Under the pieces are notes generated by a model. The model worked only from the letters and a program-made list of their open reading frames with translations, made no database searches and was not told the DNA's origin. From an uncultured delta proteobacterium (lineage in GTDB: Bacteria; Myxococcota_A; Polyangia; Fen-1088), in assembly GCA_963796685.1 (NCBI GenBank), contig CAWCMR010000006.1:1-64000 (forward strand): a stretch of DNA of 64,000 nucleotides. Direction: 5' to 3'. The translations under genes and the position numbers were made by a program. How positions within the stretch are numbered: position 1 is the stretch's first letter; each line of letters opens with the position of its first letter. Below, piece by piece: positions 34,664-43,729 of the stretch.

Positions 34664-36040
34664 ATGATGCGAAGTCGTAGTACGCCGATGCTCCCGTTTC
34701 TGCCCGTGGCGGTTTGCCTGACCCTGGCCTGCGCGGCCAGCCCGAAGTCCGACGACTGGACGGGGCCTGCGCCAGGAAGTGCCCCTGCGGGCTCGCCGGT
34801 GGCCCTTCACGGCCAGCTTCGGGTCGTGACGACGCCAGTGGCTGGCACGGATAGTCCTGTGGCCAGCCTGGAGATCCAGAGCATGGACGCGGGCGAGCAG
34901 GGAATCGATGCGGGCGAGCAGGGAATCGATGCGGGCGAGCAGGGAATCGATGCGGGCGAGCAGGGAATCGATGCGGGCGAGCAGGGAATCGATGCGAGCG
35001 AGCAGGGAATTGACGCTGGCGATCGGAGAATCGACAGTGGAAGCGCGAGACTCGACGGTGGCAAGGCCGGCGCCGATGCCGCAGGCCCAACCGTGCTCAG
35101 CCAGCTCGTGGACGAGCACGGCGCTCCCTTTCAGCTCAAGGGCGTCAGCAGCCAGTGGCTGGAGTGGGAGTCTCAGCACTACCCCGAGAGCAAGAGCGGC
35201 CTCGCATTCATGCGCGACAACTGGAAGGTGTCGGTGATTCGCGCCGCCATGGGGGCCGATGCAGACAAGAGTGGATACCTGGCCAAGCCAGCAGACATCA
35301 AGAAACAGGTCGAGACCATGATCCGCAACGCCATCGAGCTCGGGGTCTACGTGATCGTGGATTGGCACACTGAGCAGGCGGTGATTCAACAGGATGCCTC
35401 CGTCGCCTTCTTCACCGAGATGGCCACGAAATACGGTGCCTACCCGAATGTGATCTGGGAGCCCTACAACGAGCCCATGGGCTATTCCTGGTCGCAGATC
35501 AAGGTTTACCACGAGGCGGTGGTGAAGGCGATTCGCGCCGTGGACCCCGACAACTTGATCGTGCTCGGGACACCGAACTACTCGCAAAGGGTCGATCAAG
35601 CCGCCGCGGATCCCGTGGCGGGAACGAACCTGCTCTACACCCTGCACTGGTACTCCTGCACCCACGGTCAGATGTACCGCGACTACGGCACCGCGGCTAT
35701 CGCCAAGGGAATAGCGCTGTTCGTGACCGAATTCGGGGCGACTTTTTCCGACGGGGGTCTAGCTCCCAATGACAACTACGTTTGCGAGGACGAGGCGAAC
35801 CGATGGTTCGCCTGGATGGCACAAAACGACGTCAGTGGCGTGGCCTGGAAGCTCGACCACTGTTCGGATTCGAGCTGCCTTCTCGGCGAAAGCGCCGGGG
35901 TCAACGGCCCCTGGACCGACGACAAGCTCAGCAGCGATGTGGGCGGAGCTTCCTACCAGGGTGGATTCGGTGGCGGGGTCTCGGGCACCGGGATCCAGGG
36001 CGGGCAAGGACAGTTCATCGCGAGCTGGCTCCGGCAGTAA
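34664..36040 (+). CDS. GH5 endoglucanase (cellulase) lipoprotein
   Basis: HGQLRV...QLKGVSS, VIRAAM, YVIVDWH, YNEP acid/base, VTEFG nucleophile. Confidence 0.9.
   Translation: MMRSRSTPMLPFLPVAVCLTLACAASPKSDDWTGPAPGSAPAGSPVALHGQLRVVTTPVAGTDSPVASLEIQSMDAGEQGIDAGEQGIDAGEQGIDAGEQGIDAGEQGIDASEQGIDAGDRRIDSGSARLDGGKAGADAAGPTVLSQLVDEHGAPFQLKGVSSQWLEWESQHYPESKSGLAFMRDNWKVSVIRAAMGADADKSGYLAKPADIKKQVETMIRNAIELGVYVIVDWHTEQAVIQQDASVAFFTEMATKYGAYPNVIWEPYNEPMGYSWSQIKVYHEAVVKAIRAVDPDNLIVLGTPNYSQRVDQAAADPVAGTNLLYTLHWYSCTHGQMYRDYGTAAIAKGIALFVTEFGATFSDGGLAPNDNYVCEDEANRWFAWMAQNDVSGVAWKLDHCSDSSCLLGESAGVNGPWTDDKLSSDVGGASYQGGFGGGVSGTGIQGGQGQFIASWLRQ
34886..35032 (+). repeat. In-frame 21-bp tandem repeat x7 (DAGEQGI)
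   Basis: GA(T/C)GCGGGCGAGCAGGGAATC x5 plus two degenerate units. Confidence 0.95.
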
Positions 36041-36044
36041 CCGA

Positions 36045-36582
36045 CTAGAAACGCAGTCTGAATTTCGTAGCGGCGATTCTTCGCCTTCTTGGCCGGCGTG
36101 TTGTCGGGCGTGACCAGCGGACGTTCCGAGCCCATGCCCACGGCGATGATCTCGTTCTTGGCAATCCCGCGCGCGACAAGCTCGCGCTGGATGACCGCGG
36201 CGCGCTTGCCCGATAGCTCTTTGTTGTGCTCGGGCTTGCCGCTCGAATCGGTGTGGCCCGAGACCTCGAATTTGAAGCTGGTCACGCCGGCCACGTTGAG
36301 GCGCTTCTTGGCGTCGACCAGCGCGTTGGCCAGCTTCTTGAGCTTGCTGTCGCAGCCGGGCGCCAGCTCGTCGCTGTCGGTCTTGAAGCTGCACTGGTTC
36401 TTGCGCCCCTCGGCCAAGAGCCTGGCGTTCACTTCCTTGACCGCCTTGTCGCGCGCGCCACCCGCCGCCGCCCCGGTCGCCTTCTTGGCCAAGCCGCCGA
36501 AGTCGAGCGCGCGTGCCGTGGGCGACGACAGCGTGAGGCCCAGACCCAGTACCAAGATGAATGCCGAGAGCGTCTTCGTCAT
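36045..36582 (-). CDS. OmpA-family peptidoglycan-binding protein (likely +1 error near the 3' end; as sequenced it reads to 35953)
   Basis: GHTDSSG, N.ELS.KRA, GMGSERP, KNRR.EI. Removing one base gives a TAG at 36045 and removes an 88-bp overlap with the GH5 gene. Confidence 0.8.
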
Positions 36583-36777
36583 GGGCCAACCATTACCCCG
36601 TAGCGGGCAGAGGCGCAAGGCGGAGGCCGGCGTGTGAGGGGAAGATACAAATTCGGAATGGGGCGACCATGTTTCGCATGGTAACCAGCCCGAGCATCGG
36701 AGTTGCTTGTCTTTCCGTCGCGTTTCTTGGCGGTCGCCATGACCGGCGGGAATGCTGGGCAGCGCGGGGAGGTTGGG

Positions 36778-37359
36778 CTACTTCCGGTTGTGCGAGGTTC
36801 TGTGATCGCCCGACCTGAGCTTGTCCAACAATGTCTGAACTAAGTGCGGATCTAGTCCGACTCCAGGGCTCGGAGCTTCCCTGCGCACACTCGTCAGAGT
36901 GTTGATGGCTTCGCTGACTATTCGCGGGGCGAATGGTCTCAACACCTTCGGTCCATCTGCGCCTAAGCTGGCTATCACCACGGTCCTGAGAATGAAGTCG
37001 TTAGGTGGAGATATCGCTTCGCCTGTTTCCCAGCGCGCAACGGTTTCTCGAACAACGCCAAGTCGCTCAGCGAGCTTATCTTGTGTGAGTCCAAGGTGCT
37101 TGCGTAGGAATTTCGCCTCTTGCGGAGACACCAAGAATGGATTTTGCGTTATGGCAAGAGCCAGGACTCGCTCAACATCGTTAATCGTCGTTCCATCCAA
37201 CGTATGGCCACCGCATCCGTCGCACGTATATCCCGGAACGGTTCTGAGCCGGACGGGAACGCCTACATAGGACGAGAAGTCGAAATCAGTCAACTCGCCA
37301 TAGTGAAGCGTCCCTCCGCAATGACACGGAAGGGAGGTCGGCTTCTTGTCGGATTTCAC
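36778..37359 (-). CDS. MqsA-like antitoxin (zinc finger plus Xre HTH)
   Basis: C.CGG...VPGYTC.GCG, LRKHLGLTQDKLA..LGV.RETVARWETG. Confidence 0.85.
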   Translation of the reverse strand: MKSDKKPTSLPCHCGGTLHYGELTDFDFSSYVGVPVRLRTVPGYTCDGCGGHTLDGTTINDVERVLALAITQNPFLVSPQEAKFLRKHLGLTQDKLAERLGVVRETVARWETGEAISPPNDFILRTVVIASLGADGPKVLRPFAPRIVSEAINTLTSVRREAPSPGVGLDPHLVQTLLDKLRSGDHRTSHNRK

Positions 37360-37727
37360 GCGCCCTCTTGGGTTGTGTCGATCACGGTGCAAAGGCAAAT
37401 CCTCCGCTTGTGCTTGTGCTCAAAGGCTTCGATGCCGACGGCGACGTCGCGGTCGCCATCAACATCCTTTCCTGTTATTCGCCAACACGTACCTCCGTTG
37501 ACGGCCTTGCCGCGTTCGTATGGTCGAATCTCAGCCGGGTTCCCGATGGCAGACCTGATGTCGGCCATGATGAAGTTTCTCTCGGCAAGTCGTTGTTCGA
37601 AGTGAACCGCTGTGACATATCGTCCGTCACGGAGGCAGGCCTGCGTCCATTGAAGAGCTTCCTCGCTGGAGTGAGGGGCAACCACCGTTTGTGATCCTAA
37701 GTTACAACGGACTAAGGATTGATACAA
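37356..37727 (-). CDS. DUF4258-like (RelE-fold) putative toxin
   Basis: HFEQRLAERNF..ADI, WRITGKDVDG.R, LCTV. GTGA overlap with the antitoxin. Start uncertain. Confidence 0.75.
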   Translation of the reverse strand: MYQSLVRCNLGSQTVVAPHSSEEALQWTQACLRDGRYVTAVHFEQRLAERNFIMADIRSAIGNPAEIRPYERGKAVNGGTCWRITGKDVDGDRDVAVGIEAFEHKHKRRICLCTVIDTTQEGA

Positions 37728-38021
37728 GACCCCCTATGTCACAACCCGGAAAACTCAAGAGATTTTCACGGTATTTGGGCAGCGTGATGATGCAGAACAT
37801 GCCCGTACTGTTGCCTCCGCGCGCAGCTAGCGTCAACTGTGCATGGACGCGACGCACTGAATAGCCCTCGTCTGCAACGGCTGGCAGATCTGGCACCCGT
37901 GGCGCCATGGCTTTGCCCACCAGTTCGCTCTTGCCCAGCGATTCCGAAGGCTGCCTTTTGATCCAGAAAGCCACGGATTCGGTCGGACAAGCGGGCTAGG
38001 GCAGAATGCGCGCAAGTCCTG

Positions 38022-38089
38022 GAAATCGTTTCGGTACCGGGGGAGGGACTCGAACCCTCAAGTCCGTAAGGACGGTGGATTTTGAATCC
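38022..38089 (-). repeat. att site: duplicated 3' portion of tRNA-Leu
   Basis: Matches 52324-52391 and lacks the tRNA 5' part. Confidence 0.95.
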
Positions 38090-38240
38090 CTCTTTGACTG
38101 TATCGCCATGTCGCTCAAACACGCAAACACCTACAAAACAAGGGGTCTCCATTGTGGCACCTGTTGTGGCTTGAGTCATGAAAATGCACCAAATCGGTGA
38201 GATAAGCCACCGACTGGCAACAGACTGAAGTAGACTATTC

Positions 38241-38311
38241 CCGTGGGCAGCCGAGGGCCTAATTACCCCTTGGTGGCCGCCGAGCCTGCATCCTAAGCGG
38301 CCCGCCCACGG
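38241..38311 (+). ncRNA. Predicted three-way-junction RNA (C4/CI-like architecture)
   Basis: CCGTGGGC/GCCCACGG closing stem, CCGAGGG/CCCTTGG stem (9-nt loop) and GGCCGC/GCGGCC stem (16-nt loop). Confidence 0.55.
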
Positions 38312-38344
38312 TTCCTTTCGATCGGATGCAAAGGATGCAGAACC

Positions 38345-39145
38345 GTGACCCAGCCAACCCGACCGAAGGCCCGCCAAGCGAAGCGCCCTCGCGCTGGCGG
38401 CCCGAAGGCGCCCAAGGTGGCACCGGAGGCCCCGCAAGGCGTGGCGGCCCGGCAGAGGCCCGGCGCGCGACATTCCATAGTCCAGCCCGAAGCTACCGAG
38501 ACCGGGTACAGCAAGGCCGACTTTCTGCGCGATTTCGGCCACGATGCCGACTATCACGCCAAGTGTGATCGCGCCACGGCTGGACTGCGGGCACTGGCCG
38601 CGGGCAACCCACCGGCCGGCCGCAAAGATTGTGGGTGGTGGTGGTGCGAGAAAGACGACCTGTCTTCGCGTGAGCTGGCCTCCCTGCGAGGCGCATTGAA
38701 TACCCTACGCCAAGCCGGCGTGGACCCCAGCGGCCCGTGGGTTCGGAAGTACGGGAACCTCTACCGAATGCATGGAGCGCTACCGGATATCAAGGTGAGC
38801 GCCAGGGAGCAGGTATCCCGCGACATCGCGGCCCTTGAGAAAGTGCAGGAGTTGCTCGGCGGGTTGAGCAGGCACAATATTCCGACGAGCACGAACCGTG
38901 ATCTCGCGAATGAGCTCGACCGAGCCAAGGGCAGTACAGCGGCGGGGCCAGCCAACCCAACGAGGCGCGGACCCCCGGTTGACGGCGGCACCAGATGCGT
39001 GCTTCTAAATTACCGCGGGGACCGCCACTGGCCTCCCAACGTGATCGAAGCTTGCCTGATTCTCACCGGCGCACGTCGTGGGAGCGCCCGCGAATCGCGA
39101 GTCTTGAGCGAAATCGCCAAGAAGGCTCGGACAGCGGCGAAATAG
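38345..39145 (+). CDS. Hypothetical protein (first gene of the element)
   Basis: AAGGA plus GTG; 266-aa ORF filling the interval; no recognised motif. Confidence 0.6.
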   Translation: MTQPTRPKARQAKRPRAGGPKAPKVAPEAPQGVAARQRPGARHSIVQPEATETGYSKADFLRDFGHDADYHAKCDRATAGLRALAAGNPPAGRKDCGWWWCEKDDLSSRELASLRGALNTLRQAGVDPSGPWVRKYGNLYRMHGALPDIKVSAREQVSRDIAALEKVQELLGGLSRHNIPTSTNRDLANELDRAKGSTAAGPANPTRRGPPVDGGTRCVLLNYRGDRHWPPNVIEACLILTGARRGSARESRVLSEIAKKARTAAK

Positions 39146-39238
39146 CGGCGACAAGCTGCACCTGCACTTAATTGCGCCGTGCGTGGTGTGATTAGGTGCA
39201 TCGCCATGGGCGTGGGGATGGCTCATCGTCGCTCTACC

Positions 39239-39442
39239 ATGACGACGCAGACGAGGCTAGACCACGAGACGCGCGAGGCACTGCGCCGATACCTCGCCGA
39301 CCGACATTGGCGGCCCGCTATCCGCAGCATCGGGGTGACCGAGTCGGTCCTGCGACGGGCTATTTCGGGGCGTCTCATCCGAGGCGCCAGCGCGACCGCG
39401 ATCCGCATCGCCCTACTCGCGCAGCCGGAGCCCCGCCCATGA
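39239..39442 (+). CDS. Small HTH-like DNA-binding protein
   Basis: AIRSIGVTESVLRRAISG HTH pattern; ATGA coupling. Confidence 0.6.
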   Translation: MTTQTRLDHETREALRRYLADRHWRPAIRSIGVTESVLRRAISGRLIRGASATAIRIALLAQPEPRP

Positions 39443-39735
39443 CCGGCGCCGACCTGGCCACGGCCGCCGACGTCGAGCGCGTGCTTGCGCGCCAGGATGC
39501 CCTCGAGGCGAAGCTGGATCGCGTGCTGGCCGCGCTGCCCACGTCGTGGCTCTCGCTCACCGCCGCCGCCGAGCGCATGGGCGTGGACCCGAGGACGATC
39601 ACCGCCGCCATCTCGCGCGGGGAAGTAGTTGGGCGCCGGGTGGGACGACGGTGGGTAGTCGACGCGAACTCTATCCGCCCCGCGAGCGCGGCGGCGGTGG
39701 CGGCGATGGCGAGAGGGGCGAGGGCGGGACGATGA
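39439..39735 (+). CDS. Excisionase/AlpA-like HTH (HTH_17-like)
   Basis: WLSLTAAAERMGVDPRTI...ISRGE...RRVGRRWVV. Confidence 0.8.
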   Translation: MTGADLATAADVERVLARQDALEAKLDRVLAALPTSWLSLTAAAERMGVDPRTITAAISRGEVVGRRVGRRWVVDANSIRPASAAAVAAMARGARAGR

Positions 39736-41711
39736 CCGCACCCTTCGCCACTATCCCGTTTGTCGATCCCGTCGATAGCTTCCGCGACGCCATGGCGGCC
39801 GATGGACTCACTCCACCGCGCGAGATAGTTGTCGACCGAAAGATCCACCGCTGCGATGCCGACCGCAAGGGCGGCAAACGTGACGCCTGGTATGTCTTCT
39901 TCTCCGACGGAGTGCCGGCTGGCGCCTATGGGGATTGGGCAGAGGGCGAGACGCACAACTGGTGCGCGCGGCCCGAGAACAGCCTCACGCCCCAGGAGCG
40001 AGCGGCGTTTCGCACGCGCATGGACGCTGCCCGGCGAGCACGCGATGAGGAGATGCAGACGCAATACGCAGCCTCGGCAGCGTTGGCCGCTTCCACGTGG
40101 GGGCAAGCTACACAAGTCTTCGAGCCCTGCCCTGACTACCTCGATTGCAAAGGGGTGAAGTCGCACGGGCTGCGCGTGACCACGCGCGACTACGATTTCC
40201 CCTGCATCGACGGCAAACACACCATGCACGTGGCCACTGGCGCTCTTGTGGTGCCAGTCAGGACGGCCGATGGGAAGTTGACCAGCCTGCAATTCATCGA
40301 CGCCGAGGGGAAGCGATTCTTGCCGGGCGGGCGCATGCGTGGGTGCTTCTACTCAATCGGCGACATCGAGGGAGCGAAGCGGATCGGCCTCGCCGAAGGC
40401 TACACCACCGCCTCGACCATTCACGAGGCTACCGACCTGCCCGTGATTGTGGCCTTCTTCGCCGGCAACCTAGAACCCGTCGCCGAGTCGCTCCGCGCGA
40501 AATACCCGCGGACACAGTTTGTCTTCGGCGCGGACGACGATCATCTGCGCGAGAACAACCCCGGTGTCACGAAGGCGACCGAGGCGGCGAAGAAGTTTGG
40601 CGGGATCGTCGCGATCCCGGACTTCGGCACCGAGCGGGGCGAGAAAGACACGGACTGGAACGATCTGTCCAAGGCCCAAGGGCAAGGAGTCGTCAAGGAT
40701 CAATTCGAGAAGGCAATCGCGGCAACGGTTCCCCCGCTTGCGTCGGCCGTTGCGATTGAACTGTGGTCCAAGCCACTGCCCTCACCGATCCTGACACCGT
40801 TCTCGCCCTTGAATGACCTACTTGGTGGCGGTCTTCGTGGCGTGAACGTCTTGGCCGGCCCGACGGGCCGCGGGAAATCCGGCCTGGCTCTACATGTCGC
40901 ACGTGTTACGGCGCGGACGTTGCCCGTCTGCTACTTCTCCACCGAATTGAGCGACCGCCAAGCGCTCGCACGCATCGCCGCCCAAGAGCTGGGCCGGCCC
41001 TGGCGCCCACTGTACGAGGGCAGCGCACCAACCGGGATCGTTGTCGCCCACGCGATGGAACCCCTCAAATTGCGCGTGGTCGTGATTCGTTCGGTGACCG
41101 AACTACTCGACGCCCTGCGAGGGATTGAGGAATTCGAGGGGCAACCACCTTTTGTCGTGCTGGACTACTTGCAGGGCCTGGCCCGCAACCCCGACGAAGA
41201 TCGCCGGCTTGCCGTGGGGGCAGTCTCGGACGGGATCACCACATGGAGCCGCACCACGGGGGGAGTGGTGCTCGCCGTGTCGAGCATCGCCCGCGCGAGC
41301 TATTTCAACACCGACACCAAGGGCGCCGCCGACTTCGTGAACGCGGCGAAGGAATCGGGCGACATCGAATTCGACGCTTCATCGGTGCTGTTCTTGGATG
41401 TGGCGGCCCCACCCTTGGGCGGGAAGTCTGAAGGCCGCTTGCACGTGAGCAAGTCTCGATTCGGCACCGTGGGCACCGTGGGAGTCATCTTCGATGGCCC
41501 GACCGGAACCTTCGAGGAAGACGCCGAGGGCGGACTGTCCATTGACCAGCGCGCGGTTCTGGACGCCATCAACGAGGGCGCCAAGACCCAAGACGAGATC
41601 GCCAAGGCGGCCGGCGTCCGTAAGGCGAAGGTTGGGCCGGCCCTCCGAGCGCTCCAAGACCGCGGGCTTATCGGCAGCCGACCACGCCAAGACGAGGAGG
41701 GCCAGCCATGA
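39732..41711 (+). CDS. Toprim primase fused to a DnaB-like helicase
   Basis: SLQFI...G.KRFL.GG, AEGYTTA, GADDD, DWND (Toprim); GPTGRGKS, VVLDYLQ, KESGDIEFDA, KSRFG (SF4 helicase); C-terminal wHTH. Confidence 0.9.
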   Translation: MTAPFATIPFVDPVDSFRDAMAADGLTPPREIVVDRKIHRCDADRKGGKRDAWYVFFSDGVPAGAYGDWAEGETHNWCARPENSLTPQERAAFRTRMDAARRARDEEMQTQYAASAALAASTWGQATQVFEPCPDYLDCKGVKSHGLRVTTRDYDFPCIDGKHTMHVATGALVVPVRTADGKLTSLQFIDAEGKRFLPGGRMRGCFYSIGDIEGAKRIGLAEGYTTASTIHEATDLPVIVAFFAGNLEPVAESLRAKYPRTQFVFGADDDHLRENNPGVTKATEAAKKFGGIVAIPDFGTERGEKDTDWNDLSKAQGQGVVKDQFEKAIAATVPPLASAVAIELWSKPLPSPILTPFSPLNDLLGGGLRGVNVLAGPTGRGKSGLALHVARVTARTLPVCYFSTELSDRQALARIAAQELGRPWRPLYEGSAPTGIVVAHAMEPLKLRVVVIRSVTELLDALRGIEEFEGQPPFVVLDYLQGLARNPDEDRRLAVGAVSDGITTWSRTTGGVVLAVSSIARASYFNTDTKGAADFVNAAKESGDIEFDASSVLFLDVAAPPLGGKSEGRLHVSKSRFGTVGTVGVIFDGPTGTFEEDAEGGLSIDQRAVLDAINEGAKTQDEIAKAAGVRKAKVGPALRALQDRGLIGSRPRQDEEGQP

Positions 41712-41748
41712 AGCGTCAGACCGCCCAAGTCGAGTTTTTTTCCCTACC

Positions 41749-41963
41749 AGTTCCGGGCAAGACCTTAGTTCCCAGACGCACCAAGACGCCTTGTTTTGTG
41801 GGGGCGCATGATGCGTCAGAAAATGCCCTCGGGAACCGTTCCCGTTTGGTTCCCGGACGCTCCAAGACAAATGATTCTCCGACGGAGAGTGATAGTTCCC
41901 ACCCCGGAACTACCCTACGGGGGGGACGTTAGTTCCCACCCCCGTAGGGGGTAACTGGGAACT
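41749..41963. promoter_or_regulatory. Putative replication origin (iteron cluster)
   Basis: About nine GTTCC(C)/(G)GGAAC motifs in both orientations, TAGTTCCCACCCC twice, CCCTACGGGGG/CCCCCGTAGGG inverted pair, immediately after the primase gene. Confidence 0.6.
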
Positions 41964-42419
41964 GCGGGCCGAAAACGGATCTGAAACCGGCCTACCAGGA
42001 CTCACTACGAACACCACCACGGCCAGGCCCCTGGCGCCTCTCGGCTGGGGCTACGACTGGCGCATGCAGCTTGTAGACCTTCGCGGGTTGCGACCTGGTG
42101 AAGATGGCAGGCCGCCGATCTTCGTTTCGCCCAAGCCGGATGGGCTGCAATGACCGATTGCCAAAATGGCACGACCTGGAATCGGCATCGTCAGGCAACG
42201 GATGGCCAGTGTCGAGCCGAGCTCACCGACGGAAAACGCGGCGGCGGGACGGTGGAGTTGGCATCCGAGCACGCCCACGATTCACGATTTCCGACACGGC
42301 CCATCCTTCGGGCTGCTCCTTTCTTGTCCGGCGCTTCTGGCGCTCGAGCGCGGTCGCGATCCCGCGTTCTGTTGGACCGGCCGTGTCGGGAACTTTTCAA
42401 CGAACGAAAGGACCTGACC

Positions 42420-42638
42420 ATGGCCGACATAATGCCTTGCGATATTTGTTCCCTTCCCCTCGACGACGGTTCCCATTTTTCGATGGGCCGCACCTGGTGC
42501 TCGAAGTGTTGGCGTGGTGCGCAAGGGCCGGCAACGCCGCAGCCGGTATCGGAGGCCGGGAAGGCGGCGATTGCGGCCTGGCTGCGACCACGCCCACGTG
42601 GACAACTGGCGCTTCCCTTGCGTGGAGCCAGGTCATGA
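42420..42638 (+). CDS. Small CxxC..CxxC protein
   Basis: GAAAGGA RBS; CDIC...CSKC. Confidence 0.6.
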   Translation: MADIMPCDICSLPLDDGSHFSMGRTWCSKCWRGAQGPATPQPVSEAGKAAIAAWLRPRPRGQLALPLRGARS

Positions 42639-42976
42639 GCGCGCCCACCACCACGAGGCCGAGCTTGCGCAAGGCCATCAACGGTATGTGCCGGGAGTGC
42701 ATCTACGACTCTTCGCCCGGCAACGGAACATGGCGCGAGCAAACCGAGGGCTGTACATCCCCGAAGTGCCCCCTCTACCCGCTTCGACCACTCACGACCG
42801 CGGGAACTGAGGCCAGGGCGCGACTATGGGCCGAACAGGGCCAGGACGGGCCAATAGCTCTCAAAGAAGGGGCCTTGGACACGGCCGAGGCACGGGGAGG
42901 CCAAGAAGCGGCCAACGCGGTGTGCGCGCCGTCAGGAAGCGCGATTCTGGACGCTGGGAGCGATGCCCATGGGTAA
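42635..42976 (+). CDS. Small phage-type Cys4 zinc-binding protein
   Basis: RKAINGMCREC...GC....CPLYPLRP; ATGA coupling. Confidence 0.65.
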   Translation: MSAPTTTRPSLRKAINGMCRECIYDSSPGNGTWREQTEGCTSPKCPLYPLRPLTTAGTEARARLWAEQGQDGPIALKEGALDTAEARGGQEAANAVCAPSGSAILDAGSDAHG

Positions 42977-43479
42977 GCGTAAGCCACCCGAACCGCCCGC
43001 GGTGCCGGTCTTGTCGGTGGTGCCGCCGGCGCCGTCGGAGGGAGCGGCACCAGATCGCCAGGTATCGCCCGACGCTGAGGAACCGATGAACGCCCGTGAG
43101 CTGGCGTTCATCGAGGCGCGATCTGAGGGCAAGACGATAAAGGCCAGCGCCGCGGCGGCGCGCCCTCCGTATCCCTACTCCACCGCGCGGGTTTTGGACG
43201 ACCGACAAGACATTCGAGCGGCCATTCGCAAACGCGCGAGGGAGGCCGTCTCATGCGGTGTTCATACTCTGGCGCAGTCTTCATCGGTAGCGGCCAAGGC
43301 ATTGGTGGACGTTGCGGAAAATGGAGCAAGCGGCGATGGGCCTCGAGTGAGCACCGCGAGAGCCTGCCTAGAGCTCTCGAATCCAGTCCTTGAAGATTGA
43401 CGACTTTCTCGAACGACTCGAGGCGCTCGAACGCCAGGGACAACAGCCGGGCAAGCCCGGTTTCCAACGTAGGAGCTGA
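42969..43479 (+). CDS. Small-terminase-like HTH protein (one +1 frameshift at ~43380)
   Basis: MNARELAFIEA...GKTIKASAAAA HTH, RVSTARACLE. The corrected frame continues IQSLKIDDFLERLEALER (span 511 = 3n+1). Confidence 0.55.
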
Positions 43480-43483
43480 GACC

Positions 43484-43729
43484 ATGGACATCCAATCATT
43501 GAAGGCCAGACTCGACCGCTTGCTCGAAACCCAGGGGCCGCCCGTCGGACCACCCGAGTGCATTGTGCTTTTGTCTGGCAAGGACGGGCACGGGCCCGCC
43601 GCGGATGAGGGCTTGCCACTCCCGCGGGTTGCATGGAGGAACTCGAAGGCGGCGTGCATCTTGTACGACCCCTCGGTGGGCCAGCCCAGCGCCGCGGAGA
43701 TCCGCCGGCTAATTGAGGGCGCTTCGTGA
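43484..43729 (+). CDS. Small protein, 'SLKARL' N-terminus
   Basis: AGGAG RBS; MDIQSLKARLDRLL. Confidence 0.7.
   Translation: MDIQSLKARLDRLLETQGPPVGPPECIVLLSGKDGHGPAADEGLPLPRVAWRNSKAACILYDPSVGQPSAAEIRRLIEGAS

Noticed and set aside
38022-38089. Second tRNA-Leu gene
   Set aside because: Lacks the 5' acceptor strand and D arm; it is the att duplication.
38912-38930. 19-bp exact repeat GAGCTCGACCGAGCCAAGG, also at 49872-49890
   Set aside because: Both copies are in frame and encode ELDRAK with common codons, with no flanking similarity. Probably chance, though not excluded.
41708-41932. 74-aa ORF after the primase gene
   Set aside because: It overlaps the iteron cluster and has atypical composition. 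Not called, though the ATGA overlap leaves it possible.
43370-43400. Programmed frameshift in the TerS-like gene
   Set aside because: No slippery heptamer, and it has the same +1 signature as four other likely sequence errors.
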